Origin: a virus
Taxonomy: Duplodnaviria > Caudoviricetes
Direction: 5' to 3' (one strand)
IMG/VR virus record: IMGVR_UViG_3300010356_002264
DNA length: 64,000 nt
This document shows positions 25,592-34,900 of this stretch, in pieces. The first letter of the stretch is position 1; every line of letters starts with the position of its first letter. The notes under the pieces are model-generated. The model made no database searches. It was not told the origin of the DNA and saw nothing but the letters and a program-made list of their open reading frames with translations. A program made the position numbers and the translations under genes.

Positions 25592-26605
25592 TCAAGCCCG
25601 CGCCTGGAGGGCGCTGGTGATCGTCTGGTCGCGGTGCAGGTAGAGGTTGTTCGCCCCCGCGTCCTCCGCGCACGACACGGCCGAGCGCCTGTGGGTTCCC
25701 ACGACGGCCTGGCCCAGGTGTCCCGTCGCGACGGCGCAGGAGATCGCCTTGACGACGAGGAGGAAGGCGCGCTCGCCCAGCAGGGCGTCCACGCAGTCGA
25801 CGAGGAGCAGGTCCCCCCCACGGTGCAGCGCGACGAGCAGGTGCGCGACGAGGTGCGCCTGGTCCCCGCGGGGGAGGCGGCCGTCGCAGGGAGCCCCGAC
25901 GACTCGGAGCAGGTCGCGAGCGGACTCCTGCTGCACGACCTCCCGCATCGCGACCTCGTCGACAGGGGTGCGGGCGCTCCCGACGTCCACGAGGGTCGTG
26001 CCCGAAGGCTGCGCGTAGGTCGTACCAGGCCAGACCCAGCCCTCCTGGGCGTGCACCATCTGGACGGGCTGGAGCGTCCGGGTGACCTCGTAGGTCACCT
26101 GCACGGCTCCCGCGCAGGGTCCCCGAACATGGGGGGTGACCGAGGACACGACGGCGATCGTGTCGGTTCGGGCCTCGACGCGCGCGGCCGACACGCGACC
26201 TCCGGACCGCTCCGCGCGCCAGAGCGCGCCCCCGAGCGGGTCCCGCAGGAAGTCCAGGAGGGACAGGGCCGTCGTCACGCCCCCTCCCGGGTCGGCCCAC
26301 ACGACCGAGAACCGGGTCAGGTCGCGCAGCTCGCACGCCCGCCGCCCCATCCAGGGCTCGGCCCGCGCGTAGAGGATGGGCTCGGGGACGAGAGGGACCG
26401 AGGGGACCACGGGGCGCGCGAGCGCCGCGTGCAGGCGCAGCAGCGTGTCGTAGCGCGGGGTCCCTCGCCCGTGCAGGAGGTTGTAGAGGGCGGAGTACGA
26501 GACCCCGACCCTGGCGCAGTAGCGGTGCAGGGACTCGCCAGCCCCGAGGGCCGCGCGCACGGGACGGAGGATCTGCTCGACGACCTCGGGGAGGGACGAG
26601 TTCAT
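25592..26605 (-). CDS. XRE-type HTH fused to a degenerate ABC/AAA_21-like ATPase
   Basis: HTH YCARVGVSYSALYNLLHGRGTPRYDTLLRL; relic motifs WADPGGGVTTAL, LPRGD, LLLVDCVD, QAVVGTHR. Confidence 0.55.
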   Translation of the reverse strand: MNSSLPEVVEQILRPVRAALGAGESLHRYCARVGVSYSALYNLLHGRGTPRYDTLLRLHAALARPVVPSVPLVPEPILYARAEPWMGRRACELRDLTRFSVVWADPGGGVTTALSLLDFLRDPLGGALWRAERSGGRVSAARVEARTDTIAVVSSVTPHVRGPCAGAVQVTYEVTRTLQPVQMVHAQEGWVWPGTTYAQPSGTTLVDVGSARTPVDEVAMREVVQQESARDLLRVVGAPCDGRLPRGDQAHLVAHLLVALHRGGDLLLVDCVDALLGERAFLLVVKAISCAVATGHLGQAVVGTHRRSAVSCAEDAGANNLYLHRDQTITSALQARA

Positions 26606-26678
26606 GGCGCAAGGACGCGGGGTGGAGGCGGGGCGGAGCTGTCAGCTCTGCTTCGAGGACCTGCTCCGACCAGCAGTC
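26606..26678. promoter_or_regulatory. back-to-back divergent promoters on palindrome GAGCTGTCAGCTC (26636-26648)
   Basis: 36 nt to ATG 26605 (-) and 36 nt to ATG 26679 (+); -10 positions read CGTC and CGAC. Confidence 0.78.
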
Positions 26679-27506
26679 ATGCCCACGAACACCCTCTTCG
26701 CTCCCGAAGACTACCCGTTTGGTACGACCCCGCTGCGGGCCACCGCGAGGTCCGTGCTCGATACCCTGGCGCGCGCGGTGCGCGCCTTCCCAGCCTTCGA
26801 GGCGGGAGACTGCGACCCGGTCGCGCTGACCGCCTCCTCGGTGCGTGACCTCAAGCCCGACCAGCTAGAGAGCCTTCGCCAGTTCATGAAGGACAGCGGC
26901 CTCTGCACGCTGTCCATCTCCGTACGACCCGGCAAGCCGCAGGACTCCATCCGACTTCTCCCCGACGGGGCGAACTTCCCCGCGCTGCGCGCCTGCTGGC
27001 TGGCGGGCAACGTGGACGGCCTGGTCCGGTGGCTCGCCCCCCTGCTGAAGACGGAGCAGAACGTCCCGCTCACCGACCAGGGACGCGTGCTGGCCGCGAT
27101 GCTCGGCAGACGGGTCGACCACACGCTCGGCGGAGGCTCCACGCCAGGCAACGGGAACCCCACCCTGGAGAACGTGGCGCGCGTGCTGCGCGCTCGCGCC
27201 CAAGGGGAGCACCTGCCCGCCAAGAAGCGCACCGGTGAGATCCCGGCCCGCGAGGCGTACCTCGTGCTGGCCCAGGAGCTCGGAGTCTCCCCCATGCGTG
27301 CCGGCGCGGTCCTGGCCCATATGCTGCGCGCGGGACGCCTTCCCGGGCTCGTGGGCGTGGAGGGGTCCCCCGCGGCGAACACGGCGTACGCGGTGCAGAA
27401 GGTGATCGCGACCCTTGAGGACGGTTCGTGGAGCGCGGGGCGGTACGTGCTCGACTACCTGGGCAAGTACACCTCGGTGCGCCTCGAAGCCACCCCGAGC
27501 ACGTAG
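26679..27506 (+). CDS. hypothetical protein
   Basis: Start defined by the CAGCTC-N18-CGAC promoter; typical codon bias. Confidence 0.7.
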   Translation: MPTNTLFAPEDYPFGTTPLRATARSVLDTLARAVRAFPAFEAGDCDPVALTASSVRDLKPDQLESLRQFMKDSGLCTLSISVRPGKPQDSIRLLPDGANFPALRACWLAGNVDGLVRWLAPLLKTEQNVPLTDQGRVLAAMLGRRVDHTLGGGSTPGNGNPTLENVARVLRARAQGEHLPAKKRTGEIPAREAYLVLAQELGVSPMRAGAVLAHMLRAGRLPGLVGVEGSPAANTAYAVQKVIATLEDGSWSAGRYVLDYLGKYTSVRLEATPST

Positions 27507-27515
27507 GGAGATCGC

Positions 27516-28520
27516 ATGTCCAACTCACATGGAGGCGGCCTGCGCGTCGTGCTGGTCGCCCTCACCGTCAACCTCCTCATCGCGGCCTTCAAGTTCGTCG
27601 CCGCGTTCCTCAGCGGGTCGGCCGCGATGCTCGCCGAGGCGGTCCACTCGCTCGCCGACACCACCAACCAGGTGCTCCTGATCGTGGGGATGCGGCGGTC
27701 GAGTCGACCGCCGGACGCCCTGCACCCGTTCGGTCACGGGACCGAGACCTACTTCTGGGCGTTCATCGTCGCGGGCTGCATATTCCTCGTAGGTGGCACC
27801 GTGAGCATGTGGGAAGGCGTGGAGAAGCTGTGGCAGGTCCACAAGGGGACCTTCCATCCACACGGCGATGTCAGGTGGGCGCTTGGGACCCTTGGGGTGT
27901 CGTTCGCCCTGGAGTCTCTGTCCCTGCGCGCCGCGTGGCGCGAGTTCACCCAGATGCGAGGGTCTCGGACGATACGGCAGGCACTGCGCGACGTGCGGGA
28001 CACCACCGTCCTCACGGTCCTGCTGGAGGACCTGGCGGCCCTGCTGGGCCTCGCGGTGGCGTTCCTTGGTGTGGTACTGACGCTCCTGACGGGCAATCCG
28101 CTTTGGGACGCGCTGGCCTCCGTCCTGGTCGGCGTCACGCTCTGCGGGGTAGCCTTCCTGCTGGGGCGAGACTCGATGAGTCTGCTCCTAGGGGAGGCTG
28201 TCCCCGAGGAGGAGCACGCTCGCATCTTGGAGATCGTCAAGGAACACCCTCGGGTCCTCGCGGTGGTCCACGCACGAACCATGCACATCGGGCCGCGCGA
28301 CGTGCTGCTTGCCATCAAGCTACAGTTCGACCGCACCTTGACGATGGACCTGCTGGAACAGTGCATCAACGATCTGGAGCGTAATCTCCGTGCCGCCCTG
28401 CCCCACCTGCGCCGCATCTACGTGGAGCCGGGGTTCGATGAGCATCAGTCGTCGAACTCCGACTTGACCACGAGCGCACCCTCGGGCACATCGGGCACGG
28501 GAGCCTCTGGCCGCGCGTAG
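27516..28520 (+). CDS. cation diffusion facilitator (CDF) divalent metal transporter
   Basis: SGSAAMLAEAVHSLADTTNQ, HPFGHG, EDLAA, WDALAS; about 6 TM segments plus cytosolic C-terminal domain. Confidence 0.95.
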   Translation: MSNSHGGGLRVVLVALTVNLLIAAFKFVAAFLSGSAAMLAEAVHSLADTTNQVLLIVGMRRSSRPPDALHPFGHGTETYFWAFIVAGCIFLVGGTVSMWEGVEKLWQVHKGTFHPHGDVRWALGTLGVSFALESLSLRAAWREFTQMRGSRTIRQALRDVRDTTVLTVLLEDLAALLGLAVAFLGVVLTLLTGNPLWDALASVLVGVTLCGVAFLLGRDSMSLLLGEAVPEEEHARILEIVKEHPRVLAVVHARTMHIGPRDVLLAIKLQFDRTLTMDLLEQCINDLERNLRAALPHLRRIYVEPGFDEHQSSNSDLTTSAPSGTSGTGASGRA

Positions 28521-28807
28521 TACCCTCGACGTGCTCGGCGACTCGCCTTGTGGCGTAGGGCGATCGCATCCATGCCTGTTGCGGGGGGGCGCGACCGCAC
28601 GTCCGCCAGGGCCTTCGCCTGGCAGGGAGAGAGCCCACGCTCGGCCTCGTCGTCGTCGTCGGCTTCCCTCCACACCGACCCCTCAACGGGGACGACCTGG
28701 CCGCTGGCGAGCATGGCGGTCTCCCCTCCGTCAACAGACACTGCGAAACGCCCCCGTCCGTTAGACAGGAACACCACCTGGGACTCGTACTGGACCTCGA
28801 TCGCCAT
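28445..28807 (-). CDS. hypothetical protein
   Basis: SD GAGGT; overlaps the CDF 3' end. Confidence 0.45.
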   Translation of the reverse strand: MAIEVQYESQVVFLSNGRGRFAVSVDGGETAMLASGQVVPVEGSVWREADDDDEAERGLSPCQAKALADVRSRPPATGMDAIALRHKASRRARRGYYARPEAPVPDVPEGALVVKSEFDD

Positions 28808-28845
28808 TGTTACCTCTCGCTGTCTACCCTGCGGGTAAGCTCGGC

Positions 28846-29394
28846 ATGAGCAAAGCCAAGGATCTGGGCCGCTACCTCTCCTACGTTCTTCGTCATAACC
28901 CCGGCGAACTCGGACTGACTCTCGATGCGGGAGGTTGGACGAGCTCGACCGTCCTGCTCGCAGCGCTCCAAGCAGGACGCCCCAACACGACGATGAACGA
29001 CCTTCGTGAGGTCGTCCTCAAGGACAGCAAAGGCCGCTTCTCCTTCTCACCAGATGAGACCCTGTTCCGCGCGAATCAGGGGCACTCGGTCGACGTAGAC
29101 CTCAAGCTCACCAAGCATATTCCCCCGGCTACCCTCTACCACGGGACTTCCTCGGACCTCATCCCTACCCTCCTCGTCGAGGGCCTGCGGAAGATGCAGC
29201 GGCACCACGTTCACCTCTCAGCGGACCTCGCGACGGCGCTCCAGGTCGCGCGCCGTCGCCCGCGGCCGGTGGTCTTGGTGGTGCGGGCAGACCGGATGAG
29301 CGAAGACGGGATCGCGTTCTACCTGTCCGCGAACGACGTGTGGTTGGTCGACGCGGTGGCCCCCACCTACCTGTCCGTAACCCCCCAGCATTAG
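28846..29394 (+). CDS. kptA: RNA 2'-phosphotransferase (Tpt1/KptA)
   Basis: LSYVLRHNP, LDAGGW, KGRF, RANQGHS, LYHGT, RHHVHLS, SANDVWL; GGGTA 8 nt upstream. Confidence 0.96.
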   Translation: MSKAKDLGRYLSYVLRHNPGELGLTLDAGGWTSSTVLLAALQAGRPNTTMNDLREVVLKDSKGRFSFSPDETLFRANQGHSVDVDLKLTKHIPPATLYHGTSSDLIPTLLVEGLRKMQRHHVHLSADLATALQVARRRPRPVVLVVRADRMSEDGIAFYLSANDVWLVDAVAPTYLSVTPQH

Positions 29395-29484
29395 CTTTGT
29401 CATCCACCAGCACACGTGATCCGCTATAGATCCCAATCTCGACCGAGATAACCTCAAACTCGCTGGGCCCTCTACTGTTCATTC

Positions 29485-30135
29485 ATGCACACAACTTGTG
29501 GTGGATCTCGTGGATCAATAGGGCCGATTGGACTAACAGGGCCGGCTGGAAGTACAGGTCCTACGGGACCGCGAGGAGCTACTGGTGATATGGGGCCAAG
29601 GGGATCCACTGGACCAGTGGGTCCAACAGGTCCTGTTGGACCCACTGGCGCTGACAGCAGTGTTCCCGGCCCCACCGGCCCCACCGGTGCTACAGGGGAT
29701 GTGGGACCCACCGGCCCTACAGGGCCTTCTGATCCTGGCGGAGCTTTCGAGTCCTCCTTCGGTCATATCATCGCCCTGCAAGGCGACGGACCATTTATTG
29801 GGATGGGGATCAATGGACAATCTGGGGGGTCTAGCCTTGGAGGACTCGACGGAAGACGCCTAAACAACGCGCGCACGTTTAGCCGCATCGAAGCCAGTAT
29901 TGACGGAGAGTTTCCGTTGGCTCCAGGGCAGGCGATGGCTATCACGCTCGCTATGAGTACCAACAACGGATTCTTCTACACGGTTATCACGCAGGTTACG
30001 ATCCTAGCAGGCACATCTCATATCGCGGGGACCTTCGGCCCAACCGTTTTTCCTGCGGGATCCGAGCACGTGATAGCCGCCATCCTCACCGGACCCGGCG
30101 TGTATAATGGTCCGTTGAAAGTCACTATCTCCTGA
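29485..30135 (+). CDS. collagen-like (Gly-X-Y) protein with globular C-terminus, possible fibre
   Basis: About 25 GXT/GPT triplets; lower GC than flanks. Confidence 0.8.
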   Translation: MHTTCGGSRGSIGPIGLTGPAGSTGPTGPRGATGDMGPRGSTGPVGPTGPVGPTGADSSVPGPTGPTGATGDVGPTGPTGPSDPGGAFESSFGHIIALQGDGPFIGMGINGQSGGSSLGGLDGRRLNNARTFSRIEASIDGEFPLAPGQAMAITLAMSTNNGFFYTVITQVTILAGTSHIAGTFGPTVFPAGSEHVIAAILTGPGVYNGPLKVTIS

Positions 30136-30153
30136 CCTAAGCCGGAGGAACCC

Positions 30154-30696
30154 ATGAAGTGTCCCGCCCTGCTCACCCTGCTCACCCTGATCGCCTGTGA
30201 TCCGGTGGGGAATCCCACTCCCCCCGACGCGGGGGGTTTGCCGGCCAACTGCCAGCGAATCGATCCCAGCACCGACCTGTACCTCGGATGCACAGGCACC
30301 TTCTTGAAGGGGCAAGTGGCCAAGCTGTGCCCCCAAGGTTATGTGGTGATGTTCCGGGACATGCCATCCAGCCTGAGGACGATCTGCGACCTGACGCTGT
30401 CCACGACGAAGCCCGACGTGTTCTACGCGGTGGACGTGGGGAGCTGGAGCGACCCTGCCTCACCGTTCAGCAAGACGGCCTGCGCAGCCTCTGCGACCTA
30501 CAGCATGCCTGGTCTGATGGGGTGTGGGACTGCACAGAACGCTACGGCTTTCACGGGGCAAGGTGCCACGGCCTGCCAGAACTGGCCCCACGCGGTCGTG
30601 TGCCCAAAAAGTTCCGGATGGAACTGCCCGGACGGCATCCTGCAAACGGCAACGAACTCGAACCCCGCGCATGGGGTTGTCTGTACGCGTCTATAG
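30154..30696 (+). CDS. Cys-rich putative lipoprotein
   Basis: MKCPALLTLLTLIAC lipobox; PPDAGG; about 11 Cys; SD GGAGG. Confidence 0.75.
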   Translation: MKCPALLTLLTLIACDPVGNPTPPDAGGLPANCQRIDPSTDLYLGCTGTFLKGQVAKLCPQGYVVMFRDMPSSLRTICDLTLSTTKPDVFYAVDVGSWSDPASPFSKTACAASATYSMPGLMGCGTAQNATAFTGQGATACQNWPHAVVCPKSSGWNCPDGILQTATNSNPAHGVVCTRL

Positions 30697-30758
30697 GCGC
30701 GACGACCTGCGCCTAAACCCACCCTATCCGACCTACCTACTGGCGGGTAGAGTGGGGC

Positions 30759-31724
30759 ATGACTCAAGAATCGCCCTCCCCCATCATCTCGGTTGGTTAT
30801 GACCCTCACGCGCTGGCGTGCATAAGCCCGTACTTCCCGGAGGTGTTTCACTTCCCGCTGCCCGGCTGGCCCGCGTTGACGGCCGATGACGGATATGCGA
30901 GCTACGCACTCAAGATCGCGGAGGCGCAGGAGGCGCTCCTGCCCGCAAACTGCGGGGTGCGCGTAGGCCCCAACTTGGAGGGAGCGGACCTTCGCCTGGC
31001 GGCCGTGCTCCTCGTGATCCGCGCGAACGGGGGTCCGAACGCCCTGACCCCTGCGCTGCGTGATCGAGCCGCTGAGATCGCACCACGGCTTGCCACGGTC
31101 ACACGGGTTGCGGAGCGTCCGTGGACGTTGGGGTCTCGGACGTCGGGGGTCGCCGACACCGACCTCGACCTTCCCGAGGTCACAGCGTTCAGGTATCACC
31201 CGAGCACGCAGGCGGCCCTGGCGCTGCTCACCAACCAGTGGGCGCAGTTCCTGCTTGCCGTTCTCGACGATCAAGAACACGACAAGATCCCCCTGGGGAT
31301 CGAGGGGGAGGCAGCGCGCGCACTGCTGATCGACAAGCTCCCCGAGTGTCGTGCGGCGTCCCTCACGGTCCCTCCTGACGACTTCCGCCGGCTTGGCCAT
31401 CACGTGGCGACCTACATGTACGTGGACACCCGGTGGAGTCCCGTCATCGTGCTGGACCGGGCCCATGAAATCCACTTCCACCCGGGCTTCCTGCACACGG
31501 ACCTCTCGGTGCCGCTCGACGGGTCGCTCGCCGCCCTCACGCCCCTCGCTCGCCGCCTGTCGGACCGTGAGCGTCAGATTGGGTCGACTGCGGCCTGGCG
31601 CGCGGTAGCGAACCCACGCTGCGTGTTCCGCAACCAGCCCGAGGCAACCCCGTCGATGTCGGTCGATGAGCTTGGGTCGATCGTCGAGTCGTTCATCGGC
31701 GAGAAGATGTCCCCCACCACCTAG
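30759..31724 (+). CDS. hypothetical protein
   Basis: GGGTA 9 nt upstream; 321 aa. Confidence 0.7.
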   Translation: MTQESPSPIISVGYDPHALACISPYFPEVFHFPLPGWPALTADDGYASYALKIAEAQEALLPANCGVRVGPNLEGADLRLAAVLLVIRANGGPNALTPALRDRAAEIAPRLATVTRVAERPWTLGSRTSGVADTDLDLPEVTAFRYHPSTQAALALLTNQWAQFLLAVLDDQEHDKIPLGIEGEAARALLIDKLPECRAASLTVPPDDFRRLGHHVATYMYVDTRWSPVIVLDRAHEIHFHPGFLHTDLSVPLDGSLAALTPLARRLSDRERQIGSTAAWRAVANPRCVFRNQPEATPSMSVDELGSIVESFIGEKMSPTT

Positions 31725-31762
31725 ATCAGCTCCCTCCGCCTCGCGTCCCTCCCCTTTCGTCC

Positions 31763-31984
31763 GTGAGAGACAACGATCTCCTCAAACTGGCGAGTGACAC
31801 GCAAGTCACGACCCTACTCGCCGCCGTCAGACAACTCCACAAAGCGGGACGCCTTCGAGCGGCGCTCACCCAGGATCAATGGGTGAGCGCACTGGCGCTT
31901 ACTTCCGCCGTGGAGGAGGAGGCTGCTCGACGGAGGGCTTTGAAGCCGGCCCAGCGAAGAGCCGGGCCGGCAAAAGCGGGTTAG
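31763..31984 (+). CDS. small hypothetical protein
   Basis: CAGCTC (31727) exactly 36 nt upstream of the GTG. Confidence 0.6.
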   Translation: MRDNDLLKLASDTQVTTLLAAVRQLHKAGRLRAALTQDQWVSALALTSAVEEEAARRRALKPAQRRAGPAKAG

Positions 31985-34900
31985 CGGAACCGGTCGTCCT
32001 GAGACAGGGGCGCGAGACGTACCCCGCTGGGCAGGCGCAGGGGCGCGCGGTCGTGACCTCCGCGGTACAGCGGATGGGCGGGAAGGCGGAAGCGGTCGGC
32101 CGCGGCGAACCCCTCTCCGTAGCCGGAGGGTGAGATCTGACCCCCGAGCTTGACGCCCACCTGGGTGGTGCTGCCGTCCCCGAAGACGGCGTAGGTCGCC
32201 ACGATCATCTGGATCTCATCCCCGTAGGTGGTCACGTAGGGGGAGGGGTTGAACGCCTCCTCGCGGAAGGCGCGCACGAGGAACGCGCGCGACACCAGGA
32301 CGGCCCCCTTGAGGACCGGCCGGAGCGCTGGGGGCCATGAACCGCTCGACCACTCAACCGGGCCTCCGGGGCGCACGCCATGCAGCACGAACAGGGACCC
32401 GCCGCCCCGGTAGAGACGGAAGCGCCTGGAACCTGTCGGAACGTCGGTCGAGTAGGGGGTGTACTGGAGGATGGACCCGTCCCCCATGCCGAACAGCTCA
32501 CCAGGAGCTCCGAGCGACCGGTCGTACTCGAGCCCACCATCTGCGAGGGGCAAGAGGCGCTGGACCGAGCCAAGGCCCGCCCGTCCCCCGCGTAGCGAGG
32601 AGGAGTCGTCACGCAGCGGGGACTCCCCGAGGAAGTCCGAGTCCTGCACGAGCAGTCCGAGCGGGAGGCGCTCCGTGATGCCACCCAGGCTCACCTGAGT
32701 GACTCCAGAGCCGGCGTCGGACGGTTCGTCCTCCGCCCCGCGGAACGGAGCTCCGGTTGAGGTCCAGCGGTCTGGGGCCCATGCGGGACGTGGGCTACGG
32801 ATGCCGAGCACCTTGTCCGGCATCCCGAACGGCTCGTCGCTCGTGAGGGTCTCGACGCGCAGGAGGGTCGCTTCCACGAAGGTTGCGTTTCCTGCCGCAC
32901 CCACTTCCTCCGCCTCCAGGCGGACGGAGGACCCGCCACCCCAGGTGGCGCGCGCGATGAGGTGCGCGCGCGGATGCGCTGAGATGGCCGCGGAGAGGGC
33001 CTGCGCGGTGAGGGTACGGTCCCCTCGTTCCCAGGACAACGACACGAGCGCGGAGGCCACCGAGAGGTTGACCTGCCAGGTGACGACGTCCGGCTCTTCC
33101 AGGAGCGCCACCACGAAGTTCTGCGCGGGCAGCGTGACGGGCGCTGCGGTGAGGTTGGTGAGCCGCAGCCGCACCGTGCCCGCCGCGGTGACGTACCCGC
33201 TGACGAGCAGCCCAGGGGCCAGGGGGGCCACGGCCGCCACCACGCAGACGGACTTCTTGGCGGGACTGGCTCCGAACCAGGTGACTTCCTTCTCGTCGAA
33301 GGCTCCCGGGGCTACGGCGGCGAATCCGACGGGGAACGTCCTCACATTTCCCGTCGGGTACGTGAGGAGAGCCTGCGCCGACGCCAGGTAGTGAGCCTGG
33401 AGGTAGACCTTCTGCTTGTCGCGACGGCCCGTCAGCACGACTCCCCCGTACGGAGGAGGGGTGAAGTTGGTAAGCGTGGCGGCGACCGCCACGGGCACTC
33501 GGGTTGGAGGGAGCTCCAGGAGCGCCGGCATCTGGCTGGCGTCGACTGCGACCTCTGGAGAGGACAACGCGCCGACAGCAGGCCCAAGCGTACCGAAGTT
33601 GAGCTTGTCCACGACCTGCTGAGCCTGCTCGGTGCGACCTGCCTGGTCGATGATCACCAGGTCTGTGGGGGCCGCGAAGAGCCTGATCCGGATCGAGGGC
33701 GCGAACTCCGTCGTGGTGAGGAACAACCCGACGGGGCCCACCACACCAGGACCGTGGAACAGGATCGCGTAGCACCACCCGCTCTGACAGGCGGCCTCCA
33801 GCGCGTTGTTGTCGAGCACGTCGATGAGGGCGGTCGCGCGGCTGGAGCTCCGCGACTGCCGCAGCGTGAAGGTGGAGGGCTCGATGCGCCAGCCCCGCGC
33901 GGGGTCGGGAGGGTAACGGTCAGCGGCCTCCGGCGTGGCCTCCGTGTGCCCCGCGTCGGTGAGGGTGCCCGGCCATACGCGTCCGCCGATCTTGCCGGTC
34001 CCGAGCGTCGTGTAGAAGTCCAGCGCGGCGAGCACCTGGAAGGCGCGCGCGTTGGGCACCTCAGGGATGGGGTTCCCGAACTCGTCCTGCTGCTGGATGG
34101 GCTTGTGGGCTTCCCGCTGGAGCTGCGGGGGGATCTCGCCGAGCCGGTGCTCGTAGTCCCCCGTCACGCGGCTGGTCACGCCTCGTGTCCCGTAGGGGTC
34201 ACCCTGGTAGGGCGTGCGGTCGAACGCCGCGTACAGGTGGTCTCCCTCTCCAGCGGGGCAGGGAATGACGGTCTTTATCCCCTCGATCTCCTGCGGCTGG
34301 GTGTCGACCTGCGCGCGCCCCGCCCCGTCGTGCGCGCGCAGCAGGACGAGACTGTTCTGTGACACGAACCCTCGCGCGAACCCGAAGATCGTCGCCACCA
34401 CCACGTAGTCGAAGTCGTCGAACCCGCGCCCCGGTACCCAGCCAGGGATTCGCGTGAGGTCGAGGGTCCCCTCGGGAATGATGTACGTGTGGTCGCCCGT
34501 CTCCTGCGTGAGGTCTTTGGCTCCGTCGCGGAACAAGAACAGCGTCTGGACCTGGGCGTCCTCACGCAGCAGGTTCGTCGCTGGATCGTCCTCCACCCGC
34601 ACGCGGTCGCGTCGGAACGTCCGACCCCCCTTGCCGATGAAGTCGTTGCGCTCGTACACGCCGAGCAGGCGACACACCCCGTAGTAGGGAGGAAGCTGGA
34701 TGCCCCGCAGGCCGCGCCCGGCGTCCGAGGACCCGACCGCGCGCAGCGCGGCGAGGATGTCCTTAGCGAACTTGACGTTCGGGTCGATGCGCGTCGTCTT
34801 GCGCGCCGCCACGTTGGGCAGCGGGTTGATGACCCCAAGGATCGTCGCTGAGGTCCCGTACGTGGTGGGGCCACCCGTCGAGAAGTGCATGAGCGTAGCC

